Part shown: positions 20,758 through 31,208 of the stretch, piece after piece
How positions within the stretch are numbered: the first letter of the stretch is position 1
Layout of the letters: each line of letters starts with the position of its first letter
Assembly: GCA_047285305.1 (NCBI GenBank)
Contig: JBJBDL010000003.1
Location: 416,001-480,000 of the forward strand
Source of the DNA: Synechococcus sp.
GTDB taxonomy: Bacteria > Cyanobacteriota > Cyanobacteriia > PCC-6307 > Cyanobiaceae
Length of the DNA stretch: 64,000 bases
Direction: 5' to 3'
The notes under the pieces: model-generated
What the model was told of the DNA's origin: nothing
The model's input: only the letters and a program-made list of their open reading frames with translations
Database searches by the model: none
Translations under genes and position numbers: made by a program

Positions 20758-23226
20758 ATGGCTGAGGAGCGCGTTCAACCGATCGCCCTGCATCAGGAGA
20801 TGCAGCGCTCCTACCTCGAATACGCGATGAGCGTGATCGTGGGTCGGGCATTGCCCGATGCCCGCGATGGCCTCAAACCTGTCCAACGGCGGATTCTGTA
20901 CGCAATGCAGGAACTGGGGCTGACCCCAGACCGTCCGTATCGGAAATGCGCGAGGGTTGTTGGTGACGTCCTCGGCAAATACCACCCCCACGGTGATCAG
21001 GCCGTTTACGACGCCTTGGTGCGGCTTGTTCAGAGCTTCTCCAGCCGTCACCCACTGCTCGACGGCCATGGCAATTTCGGCTCGGTGGATGACGACCCAC
21101 CAGCGGCCATGAGGTACACCGAAACCCGCCTGGCGCCGATCTCTCACCAGGCGATGCTGGAGGAGATCGGTGAAGACACGGTTGATTTCGCACCGAACTT
21201 CGATGGGTCCCAACAGGAACCCACCGTTCTTCCGGCCCAGCTTCCCTTCCTGCTTCTGAATGGCTGCTCCGGCATCGCCGTTGGCATGGCCACCAGCATT
21301 CCCCCGCACAACCTGGGAGAGGTGGTGGATGGCCTGATTGCCCTGATCCGCAAACCGGAGCTGAGTGACGAAAAACTGCTGGAGCTGATCCCAGGGCCCG
21401 ACTTCCCCACAGGCGGTGAAGTGCTGATCAGCTCAGGCATGCGGGACACCTACCTGCATGGACGCGGCAGCATCCCGATGCGCGGCGTAGCCCACACCGA
21501 AGAGGTGCAACCGGGCAAGGGACGCCACAAACGAAATGCCGTGGTCGTCACCGAACTGCCGTACCAGCTCAGCAAAGCCGGCTGGATTGAAAAACTGGCG
21601 GAGTCGGTCAACGACGGAAAAATCGGCGGAATCGCCGACATCCGCGACGAAAGCGACCGCGAAGGCATGCGTGTGGTGGTGGAGCTGCGTCGCGATGCAG
21701 ATCCTGAGAAGGTGCTGAAGGATCTGCAACGGCGAACGGCACTGCAGAGCAACTTCGGAGCCATCCTTCTCGCCCTTGTGGATGGACAACCCCAGCAGCT
21801 GTCGCTGCGCCAACTGCTGCAGACCTTCCTCGATTTCAGGGAACTGACTCTGATCCGGCGCACCAGTCATGCCCTGCGCAAGACCGAAGAACGGCTTGAG
21901 GTGGTGGAAGGACTGATCACAGCCCTGAACAATCTTCAGGCCGTGATCGCCATGATTCAGGAAGCGAATGACGCCGCCTCAGCCCGCGCCAGCCTGATGG
22001 TGCGCCTCGACATCAGCGAACGGCAGGCGGATGCGGTGTTGGCCATGCCCCTGAGGCGCCTGACCGGACTCGAACAGGAAAGCCTGCGCCAGGAGCTGGA
22101 TGAGCTTCGAGCAGAACGCCAACGCCTGAAGTTGCTCCTGGACAACCGGGATCAGCTGCTGGACGCGATGGTGACAGAGCTCAAGGCCTTGAAAAAACGC
22201 TTCAGCACCCCGCGGCGAACCCGCCTGGTGGAGGGCGGTGATGCCCTGATGGCCGAACGGGCGGCCAGCCAACGGCCGAACACGGAACTGCTGCGTCAGC
22301 AGGCCCTGGCTGCACTGCCCGGAGATGGTCGGGTGCTGATCCAGGCCGATGGCCAAGTGAAAATCGTCACCCCCCAGGTGCTGGGACGACTGCACCTCAA
22401 TGATCCTTGCCCCATTGGTGATGCACCATCTCCGGCACGGGTGATCCTGCCGATCGAGCCACCACCACAACTGTTGGCGGTGAGTGCGGGGGGACGCATC
22501 GCCCAGGTGCGCTGGGAGTTTGCTGGACAACAACCCGGCCCAATTGACCGATTCCTGCCCACGGGCCTCGACGGAGACCCCATCGTTTCGCTGCTGTCGC
22601 TGCCCAGCAAAAACATCGACGACCTAAGTCTGGGCTTGCTCAGCAGCGATGGACGCTTTAAGCGGCTCCCACTCAGCGAAGTAGTGGACCTTTCCGGTCG
22701 GGCCACCAGCGTTCTCAAATTGAAAGAGGGTGTCGAGCTCAATAGTGCAGTGATCTGCCGCGATCAGGGAACACTGGTGCTGATCAGCGACATCGGTCGC
22801 CTGCTGCGACTGCGAGTCACTGAAGATTCACTTCCGTTGATGGGTCGATTGGCGCAGGGACCCATGACCATGCGATTGCTCCCAGGGGAACAGATTGTTG
22901 GAGCCGTCTGCACGGAACAGACACCACTGATGCTGATCACCAGGAAAGGAATGATCGGGCGAATCGACTCTTCAGGCCTGCGCTACAACCAACGGGGCGA
23001 TCTCGGCAGCATGGCGGTGCAGATTGATGCGGAATCTGATCGTCTGGTGGGCATCAGCACTGGACCCGGTCTTGTTGGTGTGCGCACCAGCAATGATCGT
23101 CACGGACGCTTGGATCCGGACAACATCAACATCTCAAAACCCGGAGACAAACCCACGGAGCAGGCGTCTCTTCGGAAGGGAGAGGCCATCGTTGAAGTGA
23201 TCAACGCCATTCAACCGAATCCCTAA
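20758..23226 (+). CDS. gyrA: Type II topoisomerase subunit A (GyrA paralogue / ParC-like)
   Basis: [22 protein letters not shown] catalytic Tyr; no canonical QRRGGKG GyrA box is visible. Confidence 0.9.
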   Translation: MAEERVQPIALHQEMQRSYLEYAMSVIVGRALPDARDGLKPVQRRILYAMQELGLTPDRPYRKCARVVGDVLGKYHPHGDQAVYDALVRLVQSFSSRHPLLDGHGNFGSVDDDPPAAMRYTETRLAPISHQAMLEEIGEDTVDFAPNFDGSQQEPTVLPAQLPFLLLNGCSGIAVGMATSIPPHNLGEVVDGLIALIRKPELSDEKLLELIPGPDFPTGGEVLISSGMRDTYLHGRGSIPMRGVAHTEEVQPGKGRHKRNAVVVTELPYQLSKAGWIEKLAESVNDGKIGGIADIRDESDREGMRVVVELRRDADPEKVLKDLQRRTALQSNFGAILLALVDGQPQQLSLRQLLQTFLDFRELTLIRRTSHALRKTEERLEVVEGLITALNNLQAVIAMIQEANDAASARASLMVRLDISERQADAVLAMPLRRLTGLEQESLRQELDELRAERQRLKLLLDNRDQLLDAMVTELKALKKRFSTPRRTRLVEGGDALMAERAASQRPNTELLRQQALAALPGDGRVLIQADGQVKIVTPQVLGRLHLNDPCPIGDAPSPARVILPIEPPPQLLAVSAGGRIAQVRWEFAGQQPGPIDRFLPTGLDGDPIVSLLSLPSKNIDDLSLGLLSSDGRFKRLPLSEVVDLSGRATSVLKLKEGVELNSAVICRDQGTLVLISDIGRLLRLRVTEDSLPLMGRLAQGPMTMRLLPGEQIVGAVCTEQTPLMLITRKGMIGRIDSSGLRYNQRGDLGSMAVQIDAESDRLVGISTGPGLVGVRTSNDRHGRLDPDNINISKPGDKPTEQASLRKGEAIVEVINAIQPNP

Positions 23227-23232
23227 CCCCAA

Positions 23233-24690
23233 TCAGGAGCGGCAATTCTGCTCCAACCACTGGAAATAATCTTCGTCGATTCCACCGGTCACATAGTGGC
23301 CATCAAAACAAGACATCTCGAGATCCTTAATCTCAGTATTCTCAACAATGCTCTCTAACAAGTTCTCAACGGTCTGATAAACAACATGATCAGCTCCAAG
23401 AACATCTGAGATCTGATCACTGGTTCGGCCGTGGGCAAGGAGCTCTGCCCGGGTTGGCATGTTGATCCCATAAACATTGGGATAGCGAACCGGTGGAGCT
23501 GCCGACGTGAACGTCACCTTGTTGGCACCAGCGCTGCGTGCCATCTGAACAATCTCACGCGATGTAGTTCCACGAACAATCGAATCGTCGACAATCAGAA
23601 CATTCTTCCCGGCGAATTCAGTTCCGAGAGCATTGAGCTTCTGCCGCACTGATTTCTTCCTTTCAGCTTGTCCAGGCATGATGAAGGTGCGGCCGACATA
23701 CCGGTTCTTGTAAAAACCTTCTCGATACTCAAGACCCAATTGCTTGGCCACCTGCATCGCCGAAGGTCTTGCGGAATCAGGAATCGGCATCACGACATCA
23801 ATATCACCAGCCGGCAATGTTTCAGCAATTGTTTGAGCCAGACGATCACCCATCCGTAAACGCGACTCGTATACCGATATGCCATTCATCACGGAATCCG
23901 GCCGCGCCAAATACACGTACTCAAAAGCACAGGGAATCAAGCGAGGAGACTCAGAACACTGACGCTGGTGCAAGTTCAAATCCGCGTCGATGAACACCGC
24001 CTCACCGGGGTCAACATCCCGCACGATCTCGTAACCACTGTTTTCAATCACAAGCGATTCACTGGCGACAATCCACTCCTCACGACCCTGGTCAGACAAC
24101 CGTCTGCCGAGAATCAGAGGACGAATTCCATAGGGATCCCGGAAGGCCAGCATTCCGTGGCCCGCAATCAAAGCGATAGCCGCGTAGGAGCCCTGAACGC
24201 GGCGATGGAGTGACGCCACCGCATCAAACAACTGATCCGGTGTCAGATCACGTCCTGTGAGTTGAGATTGAATCTCCGTGGCCAACACATTGACCAGCAT
24301 CTCCGTATCGCTGGTGGAATTGGTGTGACGACGATCAATCTTGAACAGATCTTGCTCAAGCTGAAGGGTGTTGGTGAGATTGCCGTTGTGAACGAAAGTG
24401 ATGCCATAGGGGGCATTCACATAGAACGGCTGAACTTCCTCTTCTGACGCAGCAGCACCACGGGTGGCATAACGAACGTGACCGATCCCGGCGTTGCCCA
24501 GCAGCTTTCGCATGTCTCTTGTGCGAAAGGCTTCACGTACACGTCCCCTTTGTTTGTGCACATGGAAGGTGTAATTGTCCATCGTGACAATCCCTGCCGA
24601 GTCCTGACCACGGTGCTGAAGCAGAAGCAGATTGTCGTAGATCTGTTGGTTGACTGAGTCAACACAGAACATTCCGATAATGCCGCACAT
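23233..24690 (-). CDS. purF: Amidophosphoribosyltransferase (E. coli-type)
   Basis: MCGI N-terminal Cys, QHRGQD, HNGNL, VDDSIVRGTT, PNVYGI. Confidence 0.97.
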   Translation of the reverse strand: MCGIIGMFCVDSVNQQIYDNLLLLQHRGQDSAGIVTMDNYTFHVHKQRGRVREAFRTRDMRKLLGNAGIGHVRYATRGAAASEEEVQPFYVNAPYGITFVHNGNLTNTLQLEQDLFKIDRRHTNSTSDTEMLVNVLATEIQSQLTGRDLTPDQLFDAVASLHRRVQGSYAAIALIAGHGMLAFRDPYGIRPLILGRRLSDQGREEWIVASESLVIENSGYEIVRDVDPGEAVFIDADLNLHQRQCSESPRLIPCAFEYVYLARPDSVMNGISVYESRLRMGDRLAQTIAETLPAGDIDVVMPIPDSARPSAMQVAKQLGLEYREGFYKNRYVGRTFIMPGQAERKKSVRQKLNALGTEFAGKNVLIVDDSIVRGTTSREIVQMARSAGANKVTFTSAAPPVRYPNVYGINMPTRAELLAHGRTSDQISDVLGADHVVYQTVENLLESIVENTEIKDLEMSCFDGHYVTGGIDEDYFQWLEQNCRS

Positions 24691-24749
24691 GATGAATCCG
24701 AAATCAGAGATAAGGAAGAGAAACGACCGTCAGGCAAGGCCTGACTCAA

Positions 24750-27056
24750 TCACTCCGAATGCATCCGTCGGGGCAACGCATCACGGAAAACAGCAGCACA
24801 GCGTTGCACCTCAAGATCGAGCTGAACAGCCGATTCGGATCGGATCACCAATCGAGCCTCCGCGGTCACGCTGCCCAGCTGGGTGACACAGAGCGCTGGA
24901 TTGGATCCGCTCAACTGCTCCCATACAGGGAGGGATGCTGCATTCACCGACACAATCACCCGGCTGCCGCCTTCGGCGAACAGAACCCGTTCCAGGCGCG
25001 CTGAGCCTGTGGACAAGGTCACGCTGATGCCCAGACCAGAAGCGATGCAGGATTCGGCTAATGCCACGGCCATGCCGCCATCACTGCAATCGTGGGCGGA
25101 GGCCAACAAACCTTGAGCAATAGCCTCACGCACCAAATTCCCCACCGCTGCTTCGACGGCAAGATCGGGCTTGGGCGGTCGTCCGGCCAAGGAGCCAAGG
25201 GTCTGCTGCTGATAAGCACTCCCGGCCAAACCAAGGCTTGGATCGGCACCATCCTCCGGTGGAACCCCGATGAGGAAGATCGCATCGCCGGACTGCTGCC
25301 AGGCCAAGCCAGTCACACGGCTGATGTCATCTACACCACCAACCATGCCGATCACCGGCGTGGGGTGGATCGGTTGCATTGTGCCGTCGTCCTGTTTGGT
25401 CTCGTTGTAGAGCGAGACATTGCCGCCAGTGACGGGGGTGTTGAGGGCACGGCAGGCATCGGAGATCCCGCGGCAGGCCATGGCCAGCTGCCAGAAGCCC
25501 TTGGGTGTTTCCGGTGACGGAAAATTGAGGTTGTCGGTCACCGCCAGGGGCTCCGCCCCAACACAACTCAGGTTGCGTGCCGCTTCAGCAACGGCCGCCT
25601 GAGCGCCGCGTTCGGGATCCAGGGCAACCCAACGGTTGGGGCAGTCGACCGTGGCAGCAACACCACGATTGGATGCGGCCATGGATCCATCGCCTTGCTG
25701 AGGTCTCAGACGCACCACAGCAGCATCACCGGCTCCAGAAGAGACCACCGTGTTGGCCAGCACCTGCTGGTCGTACTGACGGTGAACCCACTGCTTGCTC
25801 GCAATGGTGGGGTCATCCAGAAGCTGAAGCAGGGCTGCCGCTGCATCGCTCAGCTCCGGAAGCTCCTGCTCGGTCCAACTCCAGAGCGCCTGAAGGTCTG
25901 CCGGGGGCTCCTGCAACAGGGCATGTTTTTCGATTGGGGTGTCATCGGCAAGAGCCGTGGCCGGCACCTCAGCGGCGACGGCACCGTGATGCAACACCCG
26001 CACAATCGGTTCCTGGAGAACCTTGCCAACAACCGCCGCCTGCAAGCCCCAGCGACGGAAGCGCTGCATCAAGACGTCCTCCCGGCCAGCCTTCACCACG
26101 AACAACATCCGTTCCTGGGATTCCGACAACAGGAACTCGTAAGCCGTCATTCCGGTTTCACGGGCTGGAACACGGTCCAGATCCAGTTCCACCCCCAGGC
26201 CCCCCTTGGCAGCCATTTCCGAACAGCTGCAGGTGAGACCAGCGGCGCCCATGTCCTGAGCAGCCACCACATCACCACTGGCGAAGGCCTCAAGGCAGGC
26301 TTCGATCAGCCCTTTCTCCAGAAACGGATCGCCCACTTGAACGGCGGGGCGATCGTCCAAGGAATCCGCACTGAGCTCAGCACTAGCAAAGCTGGCTCCA
26401 CCCATGCCGTCCCGACCGGTGGTGCTGCCCACGTACACCACAGGATTGCCGACGCCGATCGCACCGGATTTGACGATCTCCTCGGTCTCCATCAAGCCAA
26501 GGGCCATGGCATTCACCAGCGGATTGCCTGAATAGGAGGGATCAAAAGCCACCTCGCCACCCACAGTCGGCACCCCAACGCAGTTGCCGTAATGGGCAAT
26601 GCCGGCCACAACGCCTTCCATCAGGCCAACGTTGGCGGGATCCTCAAGAGGGCCGAAGCGCAGAGCGTTCAGCAGCGCAATCGGACGCGCCCCCATCGTG
26701 AAGATGTCACGCAGGATGCCCCCCACCCCTGTGGCCGCACCCTGAAAGGGTTCGACGGCGGAGGGGTGGTTGTGGCTTTCGATCTTGAAGGCCAACCGGT
26801 GGCCCTCACCGAGATCCACCACACCAGCGTTTTCGCCGGGTCCCACAAGGATGCGTGGTCCCTCCGTGGGGAAGCCACTCAGCAAAGGCCGGGAATTGCG
26901 ATAACAGCAGTGTTCGGACCACATCACCCCGAACATGCCCAGTTCGGCTCGATTCGGCTCGCGGCCGAGACGCCGACAGATCTCATCCCAGTCACTGGGC
27001 TTCAGACCTTCCTGCTTCAGGGCTGCAGCTATGTCGTACGCAGGGGAGGAAACCAC
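24750..27056 (-). CDS. purL: Phosphoribosylformylglycinamidine synthase subunit PurL
   Basis: [40 protein letters not shown] 27056 chosen. Confidence 0.97.
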   Translation of the reverse strand: MVSSPAYDIAAALKQEGLKPSDWDEICRRLGREPNRAELGMFGVMWSEHCCYRNSRPLLSGFPTEGPRILVGPGENAGVVDLGEGHRLAFKIESHNHPSAVEPFQGAATGVGGILRDIFTMGARPIALLNALRFGPLEDPANVGLMEGVVAGIAHYGNCVGVPTVGGEVAFDPSYSGNPLVNAMALGLMETEEIVKSGAIGVGNPVVYVGSTTGRDGMGGASFASAELSADSLDDRPAVQVGDPFLEKGLIEACLEAFASGDVVAAQDMGAAGLTCSCSEMAAKGGLGVELDLDRVPARETGMTAYEFLLSESQERMLFVVKAGREDVLMQRFRRWGLQAAVVGKVLQEPIVRVLHHGAVAAEVPATALADDTPIEKHALLQEPPADLQALWSWTEQELPELSDAAAALLQLLDDPTIASKQWVHRQYDQQVLANTVVSSGAGDAAVVRLRPQQGDGSMAASNRGVAATVDCPNRWVALDPERGAQAAVAEAARNLSCVGAEPLAVTDNLNFPSPETPKGFWQLAMACRGISDACRALNTPVTGGNVSLYNETKQDDGTMQPIHPTPVIGMVGGVDDISRVTGLAWQQSGDAIFLIGVPPEDGADPSLGLAGSAYQQQTLGSLAGRPPKPDLAVEAAVGNLVREAIAQGLLASAHDCSDGGMAVALAESCIASGLGISVTLSTGSARLERVLFAEGGSRVIVSVNAASLPVWEQLSGSNPALCVTQLGSVTAEARLVIRSESAVQLDLEVQRCAAVFRDALPRRMHSE

Positions 27057-27096
27057 GAATCGCGGAGCACCTGCCCCCAGTGTTGCCGACCGCCCG

Positions 27097-27852
27097 TCAG
27101 ACCCAGGGATCTTCGTCCTCGCGGCGGCGGCGAGAGGGGAGCTCGTCCCAGCTTTCGTCGTCCCAGACCTCAGGTCCAGACACCTCTCCTGGTTCGTCCT
27201 CGTCGTCGGATGTGAAGCGCACGCTTTCCGATCGCAGCTCATCGATGGGCGAGTCATCCAACCAACCCTCCAGGCGATCGCTGGCCCGATCACCCATGGA
27301 ACGCAACTGGTCCCGCCAGTGTTGGGTGCGTTGAAGCAGATCTTGCCGAACGCTGGCGCGGGCCATGGGCAGATCGTCCAATCCCATCAGGCCGGTTTGG
27401 ATCTGACCCGGTTGTTGATCAAGGATGCGATCGGGAGCCAAACGCCATCGGGAACTCCCCGGCAAACGCGGGTCGCTGCGGGCGATCAGATAGTGAAGAA
27501 TCGCGCCATCGGCAGGTCGAAAATCAAGGTCCACAACGCTGCCGATCCGCTCACCGTCACGGTCCAGCAAGGCTGCATCCATCAGCGTGGGCAAGCGCTC
27601 CAGGGTCACCTGATCGGTGACCGCTGGCTCGCCACGCACAAACACCTGTTGATCGCTCAAACCACAACACTGGTTCAAACGCCAGACATCCCGTGACATG
27701 CGCAGGGCCGATGGACGGCTGACCCAGCCCAGAAGCCGATGCACCGGGGGATGCATCCAGGCCATTACCCCAGGCCCGTGATCCAGACCCAGATCACAAC
27801 GAACCGTATGACTCAGAAGATCACTGAGGAGCAGCTGATCCGGTAGCGACAC
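27097..27852 (-). CDS. Conserved cyanobacterial PRC-barrel-like protein
   Basis: [22 protein letters not shown]; directly downstream of dnaN. Confidence 0.8.
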   Translation of the reverse strand: MSLPDQLLLSDLLSHTVRCDLGLDHGPGVMAWMHPPVHRLLGWVSRPSALRMSRDVWRLNQCCGLSDQQVFVRGEPAVTDQVTLERLPTLMDAALLDRDGERIGSVVDLDFRPADGAILHYLIARSDPRLPGSSRWRLAPDRILDQQPGQIQTGLMGLDDLPMARASVRQDLLQRTQHWRDQLRSMGDRASDRLEGWLDDSPIDELRSESVRFTSDDEDEPGEVSGPEVWDDESWDELPSRRRREDEDPWV

Positions 27853-27853
27853 A

Positions 27854-29011
27854 TCAGGAACGAATCTGAACAGGCATCACCAGATAGGTGAAGGCTTCGG
27901 ACACTTCCTCGGAACGGAGCACAGCCGGCGTGGTGGGCGCGTTGCAATGCAGAACAATCCGATCAGAGCCCATAGCTTTCAGGCCATCCAGCAGGTAGCG
28001 AACATTGAAGGCAATCTGCATGGCGTCACCCTCCAAGTTGGAGGGAAGCGATTCAGAGCCACTGCCCACATCCTGTGCATCGGCACTGATCTGGACAACA
28101 CCGTCCCCGGGCTGACTGCTGAATTTCACAACGTTGTTGTGTTGATCAGCAAGCACAGCAATCCGCTCCAAAGCAGCGATCAGGGCGCGACGGTCCATTC
28201 CAAAGGTGCGGGTGAAACCATCGGGGATCAGCTGGCCGTAATTGGGATAGGTGCCTTCCAACGTGCGGCTGGTGACCATTTGGTCGGCTGCAAGAAACAC
28301 CACCTGGCCGCGATCACAGAACAAACTGACCGGTTCATCGGACCGCCAGGACGCCATCAGCCGCTCCACCTCCCGCAGTGAGCGCGATGGAAGTGTCACC
28401 GCAAAACCCTCGTCTTCCACGGCATCGGTCACGGCCGCATCCTGCAGGGCATCCTCGACATTGAGCACGGCAAGGCGGTGACCATCGGTGGCAGCCGCTT
28501 CCAAAGCCCGCTGGTTGAACTTGAGATGCACACCGGTGAGCAGTTGCTTCGCTTCATCAGCACTGCTGGCAAACAGGGTGCCTCTGAGCGCCTGCACCAA
28601 CCGTTCAGGTTGCAGCTTGAGCGTCATGCCGCTCTCCACCAACGGAAGATCGGGATAGTCGTCAGCACTCATGCCGCGCATCTGATAGCTGCCGCTGAGG
28701 CTGGTGAGCTGAACCTGCTCACCGGAATCGTTTACGGCAAGCGTGACCGGAGAATCGCTGGACAAGCGGGACACGATCTCTCCCAGCAGCCGGGCCGGCA
28801 GTGTGATGGCACCGCTGGTTTCCACACTGGCAGTGAGAGACGTCTGAATTCCCAGGCTCAGGTCAAAACCGGTAAGGCTGAGGCGGTTGCTGCCGGCATC
28901 GGCGGTCAGCAACACATTGGCCAAAACCGGGTGTGTGGGGCGTGTTGCGACTGCACGGCTAACCAATTGCAGAGCGCTATTCAGTTCGGACTGTGAACAG
29001 ACCACCTTCAT
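27854..29011 (-). CDS. dnaN: DNA polymerase III beta clamp
   Basis: THPVLANV, ATDGHRLA, GTYPNY, FNVRYL, YLVMPV. Confidence 0.98.
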   Translation of the reverse strand: MKVVCSQSELNSALQLVSRAVATRPTHPVLANVLLTADAGSNRLSLTGFDLSLGIQTSLTASVETSGAITLPARLLGEIVSRLSSDSPVTLAVNDSGEQVQLTSLSGSYQMRGMSADDYPDLPLVESGMTLKLQPERLVQALRGTLFASSADEAKQLLTGVHLKFNQRALEAAATDGHRLAVLNVEDALQDAAVTDAVEDEGFAVTLPSRSLREVERLMASWRSDEPVSLFCDRGQVVFLAADQMVTSRTLEGTYPNYGQLIPDGFTRTFGMDRRALIAALERIAVLADQHNNVVKFSSQPGDGVVQISADAQDVGSGSESLPSNLEGDAMQIAFNVRYLLDGLKAMGSDRIVLHCNAPTTPAVLRSEEVSEAFTYLVMPVQIRS

Positions 29012-29039
29012 CGTCCTGAAGACCTGAGCGCGCTGAGGT

Positions 29040-29395
29040 GTCCCACGGTTTCACAGGCTGAGGGGAAGTGCAATGGCCAACGCTTCGGGAGCCTTTGTTC
29101 GGCTGTTTGGTTTTTATGGATTTAAAAAACAAACAAAAACAGCCGTCGTAGGGCCTGGGGAAAAGGGGGAAAGAAACTCAAAACCCAGCTCTCACAGCAA
29201 TTCTCGATGAGCCAGGGCTGAGGAGAATTTTTCACAGGATGGGGAGTCGGATCTTGTTTTCCACCTCTTCACAGCGGGTGGAAAACCCGCATGACAAACG
29301 GGTGGATTGTTCTCGGCTGTTTTCCACAGCGTGTTGGCATGGTTTTCGGGCGTCTTCCGCAGCCTCTTTGTTGGTTGGTTTTGTCTTACGGCCAC
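29040..29395. other. Probable chromosomal replication origin (oriC)
   Basis: Cyanobacterial DnaA box TTTTCCACA at 29320-29328. One-mismatch boxes lie at 29228-29236, 29257-29265, 29277-29285 (minus) and 29156-29164 (minus). An AT-rich tract spans 29105-29141, next to dnaN. Confidence 0.8.
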
Positions 29396-29421
29396 AAAAA
29401 AGCCCCCTGATGGGGGCAAAA
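29396..29421 (-). terminator. Intrinsic terminator of thrC
   Basis: Minus strand GCCCCC-ATCA-GGGGGC followed by T6. Confidence 0.85.
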
Positions 29422-29442
29422 GCGCGTTGATGCAAGGCGGTG

Positions 29443-30549
29443 TCAGAAGCCCATCACACTGGAGATGGTGCCCAGATCGGGATTGAGGTCGGTATGGAAG
29501 GCGGCGTCGTTGTTGCTAATGGCGCAGTCGGGATCCTTGAGGCCGTTGCCGGTCAGAACGCAGACCACCGTGGCGCCGGCTGGTACTTCATCTTTGCGCT
29601 TGAGCAGGCCTGCCACAGAGGCAGCGCTGGCTGGTTCACAGAAGATTCCCTCCTGGCCGCCTAGAAGCTTGTAGGCCGCGATGATCTCCGCATCGGTGAC
29701 ATCCAGGAACGCGCCATTGCTGGCTTCGCGTGCTGCCAGGGCTTTGGCTCGGTTGACCGGGTTGCCAATGCGGATGGCGGTGGCGATGGTTTCGGGTTCC
29801 GTCACCGTGGTGTTGTTCACCAGAGGTGCGGATCCGCTGGCCTGGAATCCCATCATTCGGGGCAGGCTGCGGCTCAGGCCGGCCTGTTGATATTCCTGAA
29901 AACCCATCCAATAGGCGGTGATGTTTCCGGCGTTGCCCATGGGAATGCACAGCCAGTCGGGTGCATCTCCGAGGGCATCCACGATTTCGAAGGCCGCCGT
30001 TTTCTGGCCCTGCAGCCTGTAGGGATTTACCGAGTTCACGAGGGTGACGGGATACTTCTCTGCCGCTTCGCGAACGATGTCGAGGGCACGGTCGAAGTTG
30101 CCGCGAATCGCCAAGACCTCAGCCCCGTACACCAGAGCCTGAGCCAGTTTTCCCTGGGCGACATAGCCGTCCGGGATCAAGACGAAGGCACGCATCCCAC
30201 CCCGCCTGGCATAGGCAGCAGCAGCAGCGCTGGTGTTGCCTGTGCTGGCACAAATCACCGCTTCACAACCGGCTTCCTTGGCTTTGCTGATGGCCATGGT
30301 CATGCCCCGGTCCTTGAAGGACCCTGTGGGGTTCAGGCCGTCGTATTTCACGAACACCTTCACGCCCTTGCCGATCTGTTCGGCAACCGATGGCACGGGG
30401 ATCAGAGGGGTGGCGCCTTCACGCAGGCTGATCACTGGTGTCGCATCGCTGACGGGCAGCCAGCTGCGATAGGCCTCAATCAGTCCAGGCCAGTCCTGCA
30501 ACACAGGAGTGGCAGTGAAACGCCGACGGAGGTTCTGAAACAGGGACAC
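29443..30549 (-). CDS. thrC: Threonine synthase
   Basis: [36 protein letters not shown]. Confidence 0.97.
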   Translation of the reverse strand: MSLFQNLRRRFTATPVLQDWPGLIEAYRSWLPVSDATPVISLREGATPLIPVPSVAEQIGKGVKVFVKYDGLNPTGSFKDRGMTMAISKAKEAGCEAVICASTGNTSAAAAAYARRGGMRAFVLIPDGYVAQGKLAQALVYGAEVLAIRGNFDRALDIVREAAEKYPVTLVNSVNPYRLQGQKTAAFEIVDALGDAPDWLCIPMGNAGNITAYWMGFQEYQQAGLSRSLPRMMGFQASGSAPLVNNTTVTEPETIATAIRIGNPVNRAKALAAREASNGAFLDVTDAEIIAAYKLLGGQEGIFCEPASAASVAGLLKRKDEVPAGATVVCVLTGNGLKDPDCAISNNDAAFHTDLNPDLGTISSVMGF

Positions 30550-30602
30550 CGGCTGGGATGGGGGGATTGCCGGAATCTAGGCGGCGTCCGCTCAGGGCTT
30601 GG

Positions 30603-31187
30603 TCAGGGTTGCGCTTCCTTCAATCCGTCCAAAGGGGAGTCGGAGAAAAACTGCACCAGACCGGCGATGGATTTCGCTTTTTCGATCACACCAAACAGAG
30701 CCGGAAGATTCACCGCCATGACGGCATTGGGATAGCCCTTCAAAAAGCTCACTGCCGTGAGGCCATTTTCGCTCTGCAATCCACTGATCAGTCCGGCCCG
30801 GATCGCTGGAACACTCACCTCAGGTTCCGGTGTGTAGATCGGATGAATGATGCGTGCAACACGACGCAGGATGGCCTCACCAATCCGTGTGTTGATCAGA
30901 CGGCTTGTGAGTACCAGGGGAAGCTCGAGGCTCTGATTGAGCATCTGCGCTACCTCTTTAGGGTCCTGCTCGGAGAGCTCCAGCAGGTCCTCCAGCAGAC
31001 CTGTCGGATCACCGGTTTCGGCCAGGTGTTCGATTTCTTTCACTGGAATGGATCGGCGGAAGGCACCACTCACCAGGGCGACCTCCGTGGCTGCATGCAG
31101 GGGTTGCATGACGCAGCTCAAACTCAGCCCAAGCCCTGCCGCCACGGCCAGCAGAGAGGAACGAGTGAAGGGCTTGGGGAGCATCAC
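30603..31187 (-). CDS. DUF1400 (alpha/beta hydrolase-associated) protein with a signal peptide
   Basis: Leader ending LHA-ATEV; GAFRRSIPV, AIRAG, FLKGYP. Confidence 0.8.
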   Translation of the reverse strand: MMLPKPFTRSSLLAVAAGLGLSLSCVMQPLHAATEVALVSGAFRRSIPVKEIEHLAETGDPTGLLEDLLELSEQDPKEVAQMLNQSLELPLVLTSRLINTRIGEAILRRVARIIHPIYTPEPEVSVPAIRAGLISGLQSENGLTAVSFLKGYPNAVMAVNLPALFGVIEKAKSIAGLVQFFSDSPLDGLKEAQP

Positions 31188-31208
31188 GCTGGAGGTCTTG
31201 GCCGGAAG

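Noticed and set aside
29192..29435. Short ORFs in the dnaN-thrC spacer
   Set aside because: They overlap the DnaA-box cluster and the terminator and show no protein-like features.
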